DNA of 64,000 nt from Callorhinchus milii (lineage: Eukaryota): NCBI RefSeq assembly GCF_018977255.1, contig NW_024704743.1:72108001-72172000 (forward strand), read 5' to 3'. Below the pieces are notes generated by a model, which was given only the letters and a program-made list of their open reading frames with translations, did no database searches and was not told the origin of the DNA. A program made the translations under genes and the position numbers. Each line of letters opens with the position of its first letter. The stretch's first letter is position 1. This document shows, piece by piece, positions 48,468 through 61,200 of this stretch.

Positions 48468-48648
48468 ACTGGGAACACTCAGCAGCTCAGGCAGCATCTA
48501 TGGAGAAAGGAAAGTGAGTCAACGTTTCGTCAGGTCGTGGACCCGAAACGTTGACTCACTTTCCTTTCTCCACAGATGCTGCCTGAGCTGCTGAGTGTTC
48601 TCAACAAATTCTGTTTTTGTTTCAGATTTCCAGCATCTGCAGTATTTT
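48468..48648. mobile_element. Palindromic non-autonomous element (Penelope-like terminal-repeat derivative) with a 57-bp inverted repeat
   Basis: Arms 48473-48529 and 48544-48600 match at 56/57 positions; a second family member lies at 49558-49674. Confidence 0.7.
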
Positions 48649-48764
48649 GTGATTTTTTTCCCCCCCCACGAGTTTACTGCTTTTTCAAATAGTTAACCCA
48701 TTGTTCTCATAAATAACTCAATTGCCAAAATGAAAACTTAAGAAATTTCAACTTCAAATTCATT

Positions 48765-48770
48765 TTTATT
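48765..48770 (-). terminator. Candidate AKAP9 polyadenylation signal (AATAAA on minus strand)
   Basis: TTTATT on + strand ~450 nt past the AKAP9 stop. Confidence 0.55.
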
Positions 48771-49220
48771 CCAGTACTTTTGTTAAAATACCCATAAAAT
48801 TCAAAACTTCTACCTTTACAAAAATAATTCCTCTACAAACAGTATACTGTCCACAACAGCAGAGCCATTTGTGGACCACATAGTGTAACCTTAGCAGTCA
48901 TTTGCTGGACTGCAGTGCACTTGAAGCCATTTTAGTAAACAGATGCCTTCCTTCCACCTTTTAAATAGACAGTATAACTTATAATCATGTTTAAATTAGC
49001 ATTCCACAAATATACATGTAATTCATTTAGACAAATTGCATTCTGCACACTGGAAGCTGACAATGTATATAAAGGAAAAAACATTTTAAACTCATTTCAT
49101 CTGGACTTGCTGGCAAAGACTGCTGTTTTCAATATATTCATGATGGTCCCACAGTATACATAAAACAATACAAAAACAAAGCACAGCCTCAAAAGGCAAT
49201 TTAAATTCCGTTCCAGGACA

Positions 49221-49264
49221 TTATCTTCTGGTTCCGTAGTGGAGTTGGGTATAGGAGGTCGAAC
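49221..49264 (-). CDS. AKAP9: AKAP9 last coding exon ([13 protein letters not shown])
   Basis: catag|GT acceptor, TAA stop; resembles the human C-terminus TTQFHAGMRR (from memory). Confidence 0.88.
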
Positions 49265-52200
49265 CTATGTATAAGAAGAAAAGGTGTTACTTATCAAAAG
49301 TCATTGAATACAAGTCTTTTTTTCTCTTGCAAAGGAGGTGGTTAAATAGATGGCATAGCCAGCTTCTGAGGGTATCATCATCATTGCTTTCTAGTCAACC
49401 ACTGGGAAAAAAGCAAAATGTACAGTAAAGATTATTTCTCCCCCCTCCCCGAGAGGTCAGTAAAAATTGCATGCTAGAGGCCACATCTCTATAGCAGCGA
49501 GTCCAAACTAAAAACTTCAAAGAGTTAACAAACTGATTTTTTTTAAACAAAACATAACATACTGTAGATGCTGGAAATCTGAAACAAAACAGAAGTCACT
49601 GGGAACACTCAGCAGGTCAGGCAGAACTGACGAAGGGTTGTGGACCCGAAACGTTACTCACTTTCTCCACAGATTTTTTAAATATCAGTTCATTCACTTT
49701 CTGATTATTAAAATCCATGTTTGCCACCTAGTTTGATTTATACAGCCCAATGCACACATTAACAGTAGTAATAAACATACTAGATAATCATCACTATACT
49801 GCCAGATTGCTTGTACAAAAGATTATTTCTTTACATCAGATGAGGAAGCGGGTACAACTTTACATAGATTTTTTCAAACTTGTCTTGAGCAGCAGTCACC
49901 CTGGCTGCGGCACTTCCTAGAGACTCCTTCCCCCTCCTTAGGGGATAATAAAGGGCTTCACTCCTGTTATCCTTTTGAAAGACAGACAGATGACGATATA
50001 CTGAAAACATGACTTACTTGATTGTACACTTCCCAGTCGTCTCTGCAATGCTTCCAGTCTATTAATATAATCAGTTAATGCTCGGTCCGGGTCATAACTT
50101 TGTAGGTGTGACGAAGCAAAGGAACCAGGACTAGAATCGGCTGGAAGGTATTGACACCTGGGAGATAATAAACAATTTACTTCAGATATAAAATCTGCTC
50201 ATTGTATTGCAAAATATAGAGTCAATATACCTTGAAACGTTTTGAGATGTGTAGAAAACATGATAATGCAAGGATTATATATATTATATACAATATCCTA
50301 CTAAGTCTAAATGATGTCTTAAATCTAAATACCTAGTCTAAATTATGTCAACAAAACAGAATTTGCAGCATAACGTGCAGATTAGGACTTCTCCTTCAAA
50401 TGTTTTTTTTGAGGAGTCAGACTGGTGTCTGACACATGCGGAAACCCATCACCTTGCTTAAAAGCATCCAAACTATACGCGGAAATTCCAGAGATATAAT
50501 GGAATGCACACTCTCCCAGGAGGGACGCATCCTGCTTTCCTAATTTTGGAGAGTATTAGGTACAGGCTGGCAAGGGCCAAGGCTTGGAGACTGCAGAGTG
50601 TGTGTTGGGTCACTGCTGGAGTTTATCCAGCTAAAGCCGCATAGCATGGCAATGAGGGCACTGTGGCAAGCTTTCCCGCTGCTTGTCTAGTAGGTACACC
50701 CAACTCGTTAGGGCTTTGGCTTACAGGGTTAACAGGAGCTGAGTAAGAAGAGCCCTGGTTCAAGTGACCGCTCTGCCTTTCCAATTCCTGCTGATAAGCC
50801 AGCCTGGCCTTGCTGTCATCAGCAGTGCCCTGATCCGCCTGGTTCAGGAAATGGACTACCGAGATACAAAAGGTGGGCTTGATTCTGATATTCCTTTGTC
50901 AAACATGTCACCTTGGAGCCAGTTCAACTCCAAGATCTCACTTACCTCCCCCTAAGGAGGATAATCCCAATTGGTTGGAGGGGTTGTTCCAACAAATACT
51001 CCTGTTACAGTATTAGCTTTATAAACTCAGTTACCTGGATTGAGAATTTGTGGTTGACCTGGGAGATTCTTGACCAGATCTTTGTCTATTTGCACAATGT
51101 CTACGATCCCCAAACAATTCTCTAGTCACAGATGACTCTGGAGACATTCCCCCAGGGCTCAGCAAAGTGACTTCATTACCTTTTTTAAAAAAAAATTAAA
51201 AGACGATTAATTGAAGAACTGGGTGACAAGTAATAAAGAACTCCATGACTATAGATCATTGCCTTCATATCATTAGTTTGACCAGTTTTTGGTTGAGCAG
51301 CAGGACTATGTAACACTATGGGAGCAGACTTCATCTTTGGGTGGGGAAACTAACATCATCTGCTTCACTCTGATACAATCTACTGCTGCTCTGAAGTACT
51401 GTGGATCTGTCTGACTCCGGAACTAGACGACCGAGAAATTGCTCTGACTAGTTATGAAGAGTCTACAAGATTGCTACAAATTTAAACCTGGATATAGATG
51501 AGTAGATTTGTGGGCAAATGTAAAGGAGAGTAACAGGCAAATAATACAAATACGTTCAGAGCCCTGAGTGTTCAGCGTCATGAAATGTAATATTTTGAAA
51601 GTTAAGTTGTCACTATTTTGTAAAGTGATTTTTAATGTGCAATTTACAAACAAATGCAGTATCTCTGTTTTTTGGTGTTCAGTATCAGCGGCTCCACCTG
51701 CTGGTTACAACGATTTCAACATCTATTTGGTGCTGACAGATCAAGGTAAACATGCTGAGATTATAAAACCTTAAAAGGAGAGATCTCATTTGAAAATTTG
51801 AATTTTAGCAATAGCATCAAACCTCTCTCACTTGTCAGTGTATAAGGGTAGTTAGCAAACGAGCAAATGGGGAGGTTAGGAGAATTTTTTTTCACGCAGG
51901 GTGGTTAGAATATGGGCTGCCCATCTACTTAAGGCAAAATTCATAATAGGTTTCAGAAAGGGAACTTGCTAAATATCTAAAAAGAAGTAAACTACATGGT
52001 ATGAGGAAAGGGCAGGTAAATGGAACTGAAACGAATGAAACACAGACACAATGGGCCAACTTTTGCGCTATAAATTTCTAAGGTTTCTAATAATAATAAT
52101 CCTTGCATTTGATATAGCGCTTTTCACAGTAATTTCACTTTACAGTATACTCTGTGAAGCGCTGTGAGACATCTAGAAGACATGATAAGGTCCTATACGA

Positions 52201-55200
52201 AATGCAAGGATTATTATTATTATTACTCGTCTCTTTGACATTGCTGTGAGCTCACCTGTCACTTGGCTGTGCCCATTCCTATTACTACCAGTCAATCCAC
52301 TTGACCCAGCAGCTCGCAGCCACCTTCGTACCAAGAATCTCAACCTGCAGAAAAAAGGGAAGAAAAGTGTCAAAAAATATTTAAAAAGCCCAACCTTAGC
52401 ACATGCACACCACCTAACAATATTCTAAACTAAAGAATATCTTTTATACAGTTTTTAACATCTAACACTGGTTATTATTGCTAAAGAATTTTTGTTGCAA
52501 TCTATTGATGTATTGTTTTGGGTCAGACATCTGATTAGCTACCTGCAAAAGTGAAGCGCTGAACTCAAACACAGTTAATATATTTAATCCTTATATTTGA
52601 CCATTTTTATTTAGGGGATTATTGACGAGAACACAAGGAGAAACTCGCTTCTCTTTTTGAATAGTGCCATGAGATTGTTAAAGTCCACCTAAACAGGCAG
52701 ACAGGATCTCAGTTTAACATCTCAACCAAAGGACGAATATTGTTGTAAAACCCCATAGCATTCACCTCATTAACAACAAAATTACATTTGTAAAATGTTT
52801 TTCACGTCTGGTGGACGTGCCAAGGCGCTAGACAAACAGAGTTTCGGACCTGAGCTGCGGGTTGGGTTTGGGGAGTGCAGGGGGGGGAGCAGTCAAGCTA
52901 CTTAGAAATTTCACCGCAGGTTGGTGCAGTAAAATAGCTCCACCAAATCACACAAATCCTAACATCTCTTCTGCTCACCTTGAGATAGCTATGGAAACCC
53001 TGACCGCAGAGCGGAATCTGGTGAATCCCCTAGAACGGTGGGTGATGAGCTGCAGACTAGTGTAAGACGGCTGACCTCCCATTCTTGCTATGAGGGAGAG
53101 CGTTGCTTGCTCACACTCTTGAAATCCACCCAGCAACAGTAAAAGGTATTTCTTCTGATAAACCAGTGCTTTTCGGAAACTTTCCGCCCGCAGATACTTT
53201 CCATAAATTCTCTGGAAAAAAAATAAACGGCCAATGTTAGAACACTGACTTGCAGACGTTCACCAGTGTTTCCTTCCTTCCGTTTACACATTCCTATAAC
53301 TTTCACACTAAAGTAGTCGAGGCTCACGGAAAGCCACCTCCCCTCTCCGCGTCACTACTGTCAAAACTAATATTTGAACACAAAACTCCATAGAGAAGTG
53401 GAAATATATTTTGTATTTACTGAAACTGCATAGTACAGAACCATCTCCAAATCAACATGAGCATCACCTTTATAGTGATTGCCTCAGAATCTGATCCAAA
53501 CAGGCTCCTCTGTAAAGCTTCACTTCGGGCTTCTGCTTTCATCTTGACTAGCTCTGCCTCTGCTTGCTTCAGGGCCTGCTGCAGGCCTGCCTTTTCTGTA
53601 GCCCAGGTTGTTCTCTCTGATTTTATTAGAGAATCAATAGTGTCCTGGTTATCCAAGGATCTTCTAGTTAACTGCAAAAGGGAAGAAGGCAGTATTATTT
53701 ATAATGTATGCTGTTCCTGGAAATTAAAAAGAATCAGGATATTAGATGAAATAGATTTGTCAAGGGAATCTTGGAAAATGGATGGTAAAACAGATGGGCC
53801 AAACTCCTGCTGCTATGTAATCTGGAGTAATATGGCTAATGCTGATCACCATATTACAGTAGAAAGAAATCTGCATTTTTACAGCACCTTATTACATTAA
53901 AACATTTCAAAATGCTCCACAAGCAATTACTATGTCTTTAAAAAGCTTTTGCAAGCATGATGGGCTGCGTGGTCTCCTTCTGTGCTGTAAATTCCTCCAG
54001 TTGTACATTGTGGTGGTTCATGAAGGTAAACGCAACAGTCATTTTGCGCAAACCATGAGGTTTGCCATTACAGGTGAACATGGTCCAATCATAACATCCA
54101 CATGTGTGTATCGTTTGCTGAGATCTCTGGATTTTGATCACACATGCATCACACAATTTGTCCCAACTGCATCACCATGCTCTGGATGAGATCAACCACT
54201 GCATTGCAGACCTGGATTCAAACAGGTGTTTTTCTGGTGTGTGTGAATTTAGTGCCACAACTGGCATTGTACCTCTACCAACTAGACTATTGGAGGAACC
54301 CAACTTTAAAATAGACTTTTTTTCAAAAAGGCATAATGAATTGCATCAATTTGCTGGGGAAAAAAGCTTCAGTGAATGATTTTCTCATCTTAACAGTATA
54401 AACTACAAAAGTTTTGTCTATCAGTGTGGTATGCGCTGATCAGAATGAATCTTGTAGTAACTGCACGCCTCGAGGCTAGTAGCTGTTTCTCATTTATTGT
54501 TTATATGCACTGACGCTAATAGCTGATGTGCACAACCTTTGATTATCATCATCTTGAGCAGGCTTTACTGTTCACGGCACATACCTGGTTGCTACTAGAA
54601 CCTCGTGGGCGGTATTTGCGAACTTGCTCCTCCAGCTTCAGGAGACTATTGCGAAGCTCATTCTTCTCTTCTGTTAGTTTGCTGACGTAGCCCGTCAGGT
54701 CTGCATTTTGCCTCAGCAGTCGCTCGGTGAGGGTGCCAGTCGATCCACCAGGTGGAAATGCTATGTTCTACCGGAGAATCACAGATTCACTTTATTTAAC
54801 AATGAATATTTCCTCGGCTAGTGCACAGCTGTTGACTTGAAAGTCTAACCTTAGGGCTGACCAGACATCCCAAACCTCCCCTTTGGTCTCATGTTTCAGA
54901 GCCACAAACTGCATGTAACCAACCCAACACATCAAAAATAGCCCTTCACCCTTTCAAATGGTTGGAGCAGCACTTCAAAACAATATCTTTCTGAGGCAAT
55001 TAGTTAGTGGGGGATGGGAAGGAGGGATTGTGGGTCTCCTTGCAGGATATAGCTGACAAAGTTAGACAGGTCTGCAATAATCTGTCTGTTGTTGGTTGAC
55101 CAACATGTTTGGCTAATAAACTGGACAAAAGGAGGGAAGATATTTGCTCAACTCTTCAAACCCACAATATAATAGGGGATTCCCAGCGACTTCTGTTTGT

Positions 55201-58200
55201 GTTACACAATAGGCGATGCTTGCCGCTCAAATGACATGAAACAAATCAGTGCTTGTTACTGATGTGGTGTGCAGGTATCCAGCAGGGATATACAGTATAT
55301 GATCCTATTGGATCAGATTATATTTGAATGAATAGTTTCAACCTCACCTCTGGAAGCTCAGAAGCTTGCAGCTGCTGTAACTGAGAAACCACATCCTGAA
55401 TGCTATTTTGTAGCCATATCAGGTCCTCATCTCCTGCAGTGCGGGATTCAGTTCCCGGCTCCAGCCAACTGTGAATGAAAGAATGTTTCAATGTAAATGG
55501 GCAATAAAACCAGCTTTTCTAATATTTGATGTTCTCCATACCGCAGTATACAATACTGCATACTGATACTTTTGTCCCTTGTTTTTAAACATTTTAGTTA
55601 TTTTTTGTCACCCTGCACCACAGACTACGCCCCAGCAGAGAGCAGTCTGGAGTAAGATATTTTGCAATGCTGTTCTGCAATTGTCTGCTCGGGGAGTTAT
55701 GTTATACCCATCTGACTGGACACAAATCAGGAAACTTTTACTAACTACAGAATAATGTACATTTTTTTTCCTCTATCTAGTATTCACCTGTTTGTGGTTT
55801 AAATGTAATATTATGAAAATTCTGAAAAAGCTAATGGTAAATTATACTTTGTGCAAATTTAAATTCATCTACAAAATACTGTCCCTACACTTTGCAGTAG
55901 TACACTTTGAAATGCTTTAAGATGTCCTCGTTATATGAAAGGTGCAACAATGATTATTATTAAATTGCAATATTTAACCATAAATCATAGGTATGACTTG
56001 AAGTCATAAGAATGCGAGTAAAGAATAAGTTTGTAGATAAACATATACTCATACACCCATGGTTCCTAGCACGGTTAGTTCAATACAGACCTCAGCAACT
56101 AACAAGGATACTTAAATCCCTATAAATTACTGATCTGATAATCCAGCATTAAGGATGATTTTTTTAATATACATCCTTTCAGTGGCTCTTTTGCTAAGCA
56201 ATCCCAGGCTCTAACACGAGGAAGTCACTTGAAGCTTAGTAAAGATCCCATTGAGCATCACATATTTAATAAACAAATGTACATTGATATAACATGAATC
56301 TGTCCCAACCTCAGGTGAGCAGCAGAAGAAAGGAAAGAGGAAGAATTCTTAAACATGGCAAAAACAGAGTAGTCATTGTAGGCATGTTGATATCAAATAT
56401 TAAAGAAAGTTATTACTATACAGTGAAGTTACTTACAGATCTCAAATTTAAAGTAATCTGCTCTCTTAATGCTACAGGATTAAGCATGTAGCATTAAGAC
56501 AGCAGGACTGTGGAGTCCTGTAGCTTAGTGGTTAGAGCACTTGCCTCGCAAGCGAGAGGACCTGGGCTCGATTCCTGGCTGGTCGAAATGTTGGGCAAGT
56601 TTCCTTACTCTACCCACCTGTTTACCTAGCATTAAGTAGGAACTCTGGTGTTAGTCAATTGGCGGATCGCTTTTCCGTGGATAATAATCCCTTAAAAAAA
56701 ATTATTTGGTCACTTAATCCACGACTGTTTGTGGGACACTTGCTGTGCACAATTGGCTGCCGCGTTTCTCCCACAAAATATACAGTCAATTCACTTTACA
56801 GTATATTCTGTGAAGTGCTTTGAGACATATCAATGACATGATAAAATGCTATATCAAATGCAAGGATTATTATTATTAAGTAAAGGCATTGACTAAAACG
56901 CACCAAAAGATCATAGGTTCAACTGCTGTTCCATGTGGTTAGTTAATGTCAGATATGACAGAGACTGGGACCCTCTAGATCTCTGACCCAGATGGAAGGG
57001 GATTGGGGGGTGGGTGGTGGTGGGGGGGGGGAGAGAAGACCAATAATCCCCTGGTTAGCGCTACTACTCTTGAACTGGGTGCAGTAATCCCCCTAGGGAA
57101 ACACTATGCTTGGAGACTGTGGCTGACAATAGGATCATGCTGAGCTATAATGCCCCATTTCCCATATACCAGCCAAGGAAAAACAGCCTTCAGAATTTAA
57201 AATAAAAACTGCATTTTGACAGTAACAGAAAACTGCACCATTATTAATTTTTTTTTGAGAAAGCACCAATGTAACCACACAAATTCAAAACCCTATCACT
57301 CACAAAGCAGATCTGGAGTTTTGTATTCCACCATAGCTATTAAAAACATCACCACACTTTGTTGGTGTGCTTATGGAGCAGGAGGTTTCAGCTAGTCACC
57401 CCATGCACTAGCTCAGAGAATTTAAATAATGCTGTCTATTGTACTGTGGCACTTTGGGGCCCATCCGCATTGTTATGTATAGAGCTGTAGTTTGATTTCT
57501 GGCTCTTTTTACCTTCTAGAATCCTTGCTCCCCATGGCTTTTAGTTTGGAAATCATCATCTGCATCCTCTGACTGATGTTCTCCAGGTTCAGGTTTTCCC
57601 CAGATGCAGCATCTCCTCCGTTGACTTCAGAGCTGTTCAATGAGCGAGCGTAGGAGTGCTGGATACAAACTGGTGCACTCTTCCCGGTTGCTGGGGCGGT
57701 AAGCTTCTGCTGAATAATCCAGTTTCTTGTTCTGTCAGTTGACAATCCAATTTCCCAAGCGTTCTGCCATCATACACAACAAGGAAGTCACTTACATTAA
57801 CTTATTTAACTTTAAGAAATTACTACTAATTCTAGCTGACATCACTTCCATCTCCAAATGCTAGCAACGGCACTTCATGCATATATCGTGCTGCACAGGA
57901 AGTCATGTCAGTTGCAGAAATTAGTTAACCACTGAACAGGATAGCATTGTATTTATCAACGTATCTTGTATCTATTCCTGAAAATATAACACCAGTAAAC
58001 ATTATCAACAATTAAACTAACAGTTACAATGATCATAATCACTGCTGGCTCAAAATCAAGAATAGTTTTGGCACTATTGTTGATTACACACAATCAAGAT
58101 AAATAGAGATTTAGTATTCTTTGTGCCAGGACACAATTACCGATATGTGATAGCACGAAGGATTAAGATATCCAAGAATGATTTTATCTGATTTTTTTTA

Positions 58201-61200
58201 ATCCTCATTCCATGGGATCTTGTCAGCCTGGCTCAGTTAGTCACACTCTCTGGGACCTTAAACTCATAGTATAGAGTAAAACTACAACTAGACCTACAAT
58301 CGTAAAATTACAGGTTTACAGGGTCAAATCCTGGCATTGTATGTCTCAGCTAAGATAACAATTGCAACATTGACAATTGACATTGACACTGTCAAGTTAA
58401 AAGGGAAAATCAGCTAAGGAAGGTTCTTGATCCAGACTAGGGCATGGATGGATATTAGGTGAGTTTGGCTAGGATGCCCCCATTTGAAGAGCTAATAATC
58501 TCAAATCTAAAATATCCATTTGGAGAAATTGAGAAATTATTATTGGCAAGTCAGTAACTACTGGTCATAGATTTAAGGTAATTAACCAAAGTTGTCCTCC
58601 ATCCAGCAGAAGAAAAAGTGAATTGAACAACTTCAGGAGAGATGAGGAGAAAGAAAATTGAGGAAACAAGTATAAAGTTAACAGACTATGGAACTACTCA
58701 AGTTATCGTAACCGTCGCCACTAATTCTATATTTGAACACCTTATGAAACATACATAAGTATTGAAATGAAAACTATTTCATAAAGTCAGCTTTCTTTTC
58801 TTTGGGAAACTGGGTATCGGAAAACCCTTATCTGGGTGACAATAACTTGTTAGAAGCTGCAGACTAATGCACGATTGCATCAAAATAATTCAACTGGTGA
58901 TTAGGATAATGCCCAAACCACAAGAGCAAACTAAAACACCACAATGAGAAGGTTAAACTTTCTTCTAGTTGATCAGTGCTTTTCTGTCTGCATTTATGCT
59001 CATCAATTAGGAAAAAAACAAACCTTGTCGAAAGTATTGAGAAATGAAAAAATAGGACAAATTTAAGCTCCTTGGTATTTTTCTACCAAACGTTCCCCTT
59101 CCCTCCTCTCTGTAGACATTCAATTACTTTTTTCTTCCACAGTTCTACAGAGGGGTAGATCAAAGTGAGTGAAATAAACTAAGGAATAAAGAAACTTTGA
59201 GTAACAACTAGGCAAGCCAAACACCCAGGTCAAATTCTGTGTGTTTTGATGTTTGTAAAGAGACAATTTATGGAGACAGAAAGCATCCTATATTGTTTCC
59301 ATATATCTGGCTTTTGGACTCCATAGAAAATCTAACAAATTGTTTTATTGTCTTTTTAAATGCTGTCCCAAAGCCAGTGCCCAAAGTGTGATTCTTAATC
59401 CAACAAGGCATTCATCATGTGTATGACCGGACAGCAGGTTACTTGACTGTGATCACCATCGCAATCAAGTTTTGTACAGCCTTCCCCTGGAGCTCACTTT
59501 AGAGCAGGGGAAACCCTGGCTGATTTTTCAGTCTTTAAAGTAGAGACCCTAAGATCTCCCAAGTTTAAATCAACTAACTCGGTAAAGAGCATCATTCAGC
59601 ATTACAATACAAGTTACATTTACTAACAGATATAAAAAAATAAAAAAGTATTTCTGAAGGTAATCCTATTCGTGCCTTCAGATCAAATGGATCACTGAAA
59701 GGAAACCTATGCGTTTTTTTTTCTTTCGGGGGAGGGGTGAACTTAATGGTCTCTATAAATAACAATAGATTATGGTATATTTGCTGAGTTAAGTAGTTTC
59801 ACTGGTTTGAAGGGCTTACCGCTGTTTGACAGTCTTTTTCGGTTAAAGCTACATCTCTCTCCAGTTGCTTTTCTGCCTCTCTTTCCATCCTCTCTTGTTC
59901 AATTTCCTGCAAGGTTAGAATGGTTTCCTGCAGCCTCTGCTCCTCTCTTTGCAATTTCAAGACCTTTTGATTTTCCTCCGCCAGCTGGTGCAGCAGCAGT
60001 TCTTCTTGACTACGCAGGGCGTCCACCTTCTGCTGCAGCAACCTGTGTGTCTCGTGTTCCTTCAACACAGCCTTTTTGTGAATCTGCTGCTCGTCCTCTA
60101 GGTGTTGTCTCAACTGAACAGACTCCAGCTTATACCTCTCCATCTCGCTCACCAACTCTACTATACGGTCATGTTTATCTTCCAGCTGGCTCTGCAGTTC
60201 CCGAAGCAGTGTTTCGGACATCCTCCCAGATTGCTTGGGCACCCCTGTTTGGTGCTCCTCTGCACTCTGTTGAAGCTGCACACAGAACTGTCGCTCTCGT
60301 TCAAGCGCACTATTTAGCTCTGAAGTTCTGGCTTTTTCAGCATCCATTGCAATCTGAAGTTCAGAGGTCCGCCTTCTTTCATGGGACAGTTCAGTTGCGT
60401 GCAGGGAGCTTTCAGAATCTAGTTTCTGTTGGAGCTCAGTTACTACCAGTCTTTCCTGTTCCAAAATGTTTCCCAACTGCAAACTCTTCGTCTTTTGATC
60501 ATCGAGTGCAAGTTTCAAATCCTGAAATTAATCAGAGCATTTTTTCACGTCCCAAAGCACTTCAGTCAAACATAAAAGTTTTAACATTCAAATGTATGCA
60601 AGGGTTGAGTTGTTGCAAATCTTGAGGTGTTTGATAATCTACAAATCACTAATAAATAGTTTTAAAAATAAAAGCTGAGTATGGTCTGAATACTCCTCAG
60701 CATAGTGATGGGTAAAAAAAAATGCAGTTTTCCTTGGAATATTTGTTTGGATTATTTACTTAATTGAATTTAATTAATTGCGCATCACAAGATCAATTCT
60801 CTTGCCTACGACTAATGTCTTTCCAATATGGTCTAAACCAGGATTTTCATTATAAACTTTTACAATTTTCATGTAATTATTTAGAAAATATGTGATCCAC
60901 TCAGGTGGCAAAAATAAAATTAATACAACTGTAACAATTCGTCGAAGAAGAGATCAAATAAATCAATCACTGAAACAAATACTGTATGAATGGAGTTGCA
61001 CCATGGTAAACCAGCACTTTACAGTGGAAAAATATGTCTACCCTGGAGATCTTGAATACTTTCCCAGAAAGAGAATGAAATTAAAAATGGGCATCAGTAC
61101 ACACCACTTCTGTATACAATCCGGCATGTGGCTAAAGGGCTACTCATTGTGTTATGAAAAATTGTTACCCAAAAAGACATGGATAGTGTGAGAATTTATT

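Noticed and set aside
49890..49975. Possible extra AKAP9 exon (AG..GT-bounded on minus strand)
   Set aside because: The upstream intron would be only ~46 nt, and the frame hits a stop immediately
59807..60625. 272-aa plus-strand ORF
   Set aside because: It is the antisense shadow of the 702-nt AKAP9 coiled-coil exon
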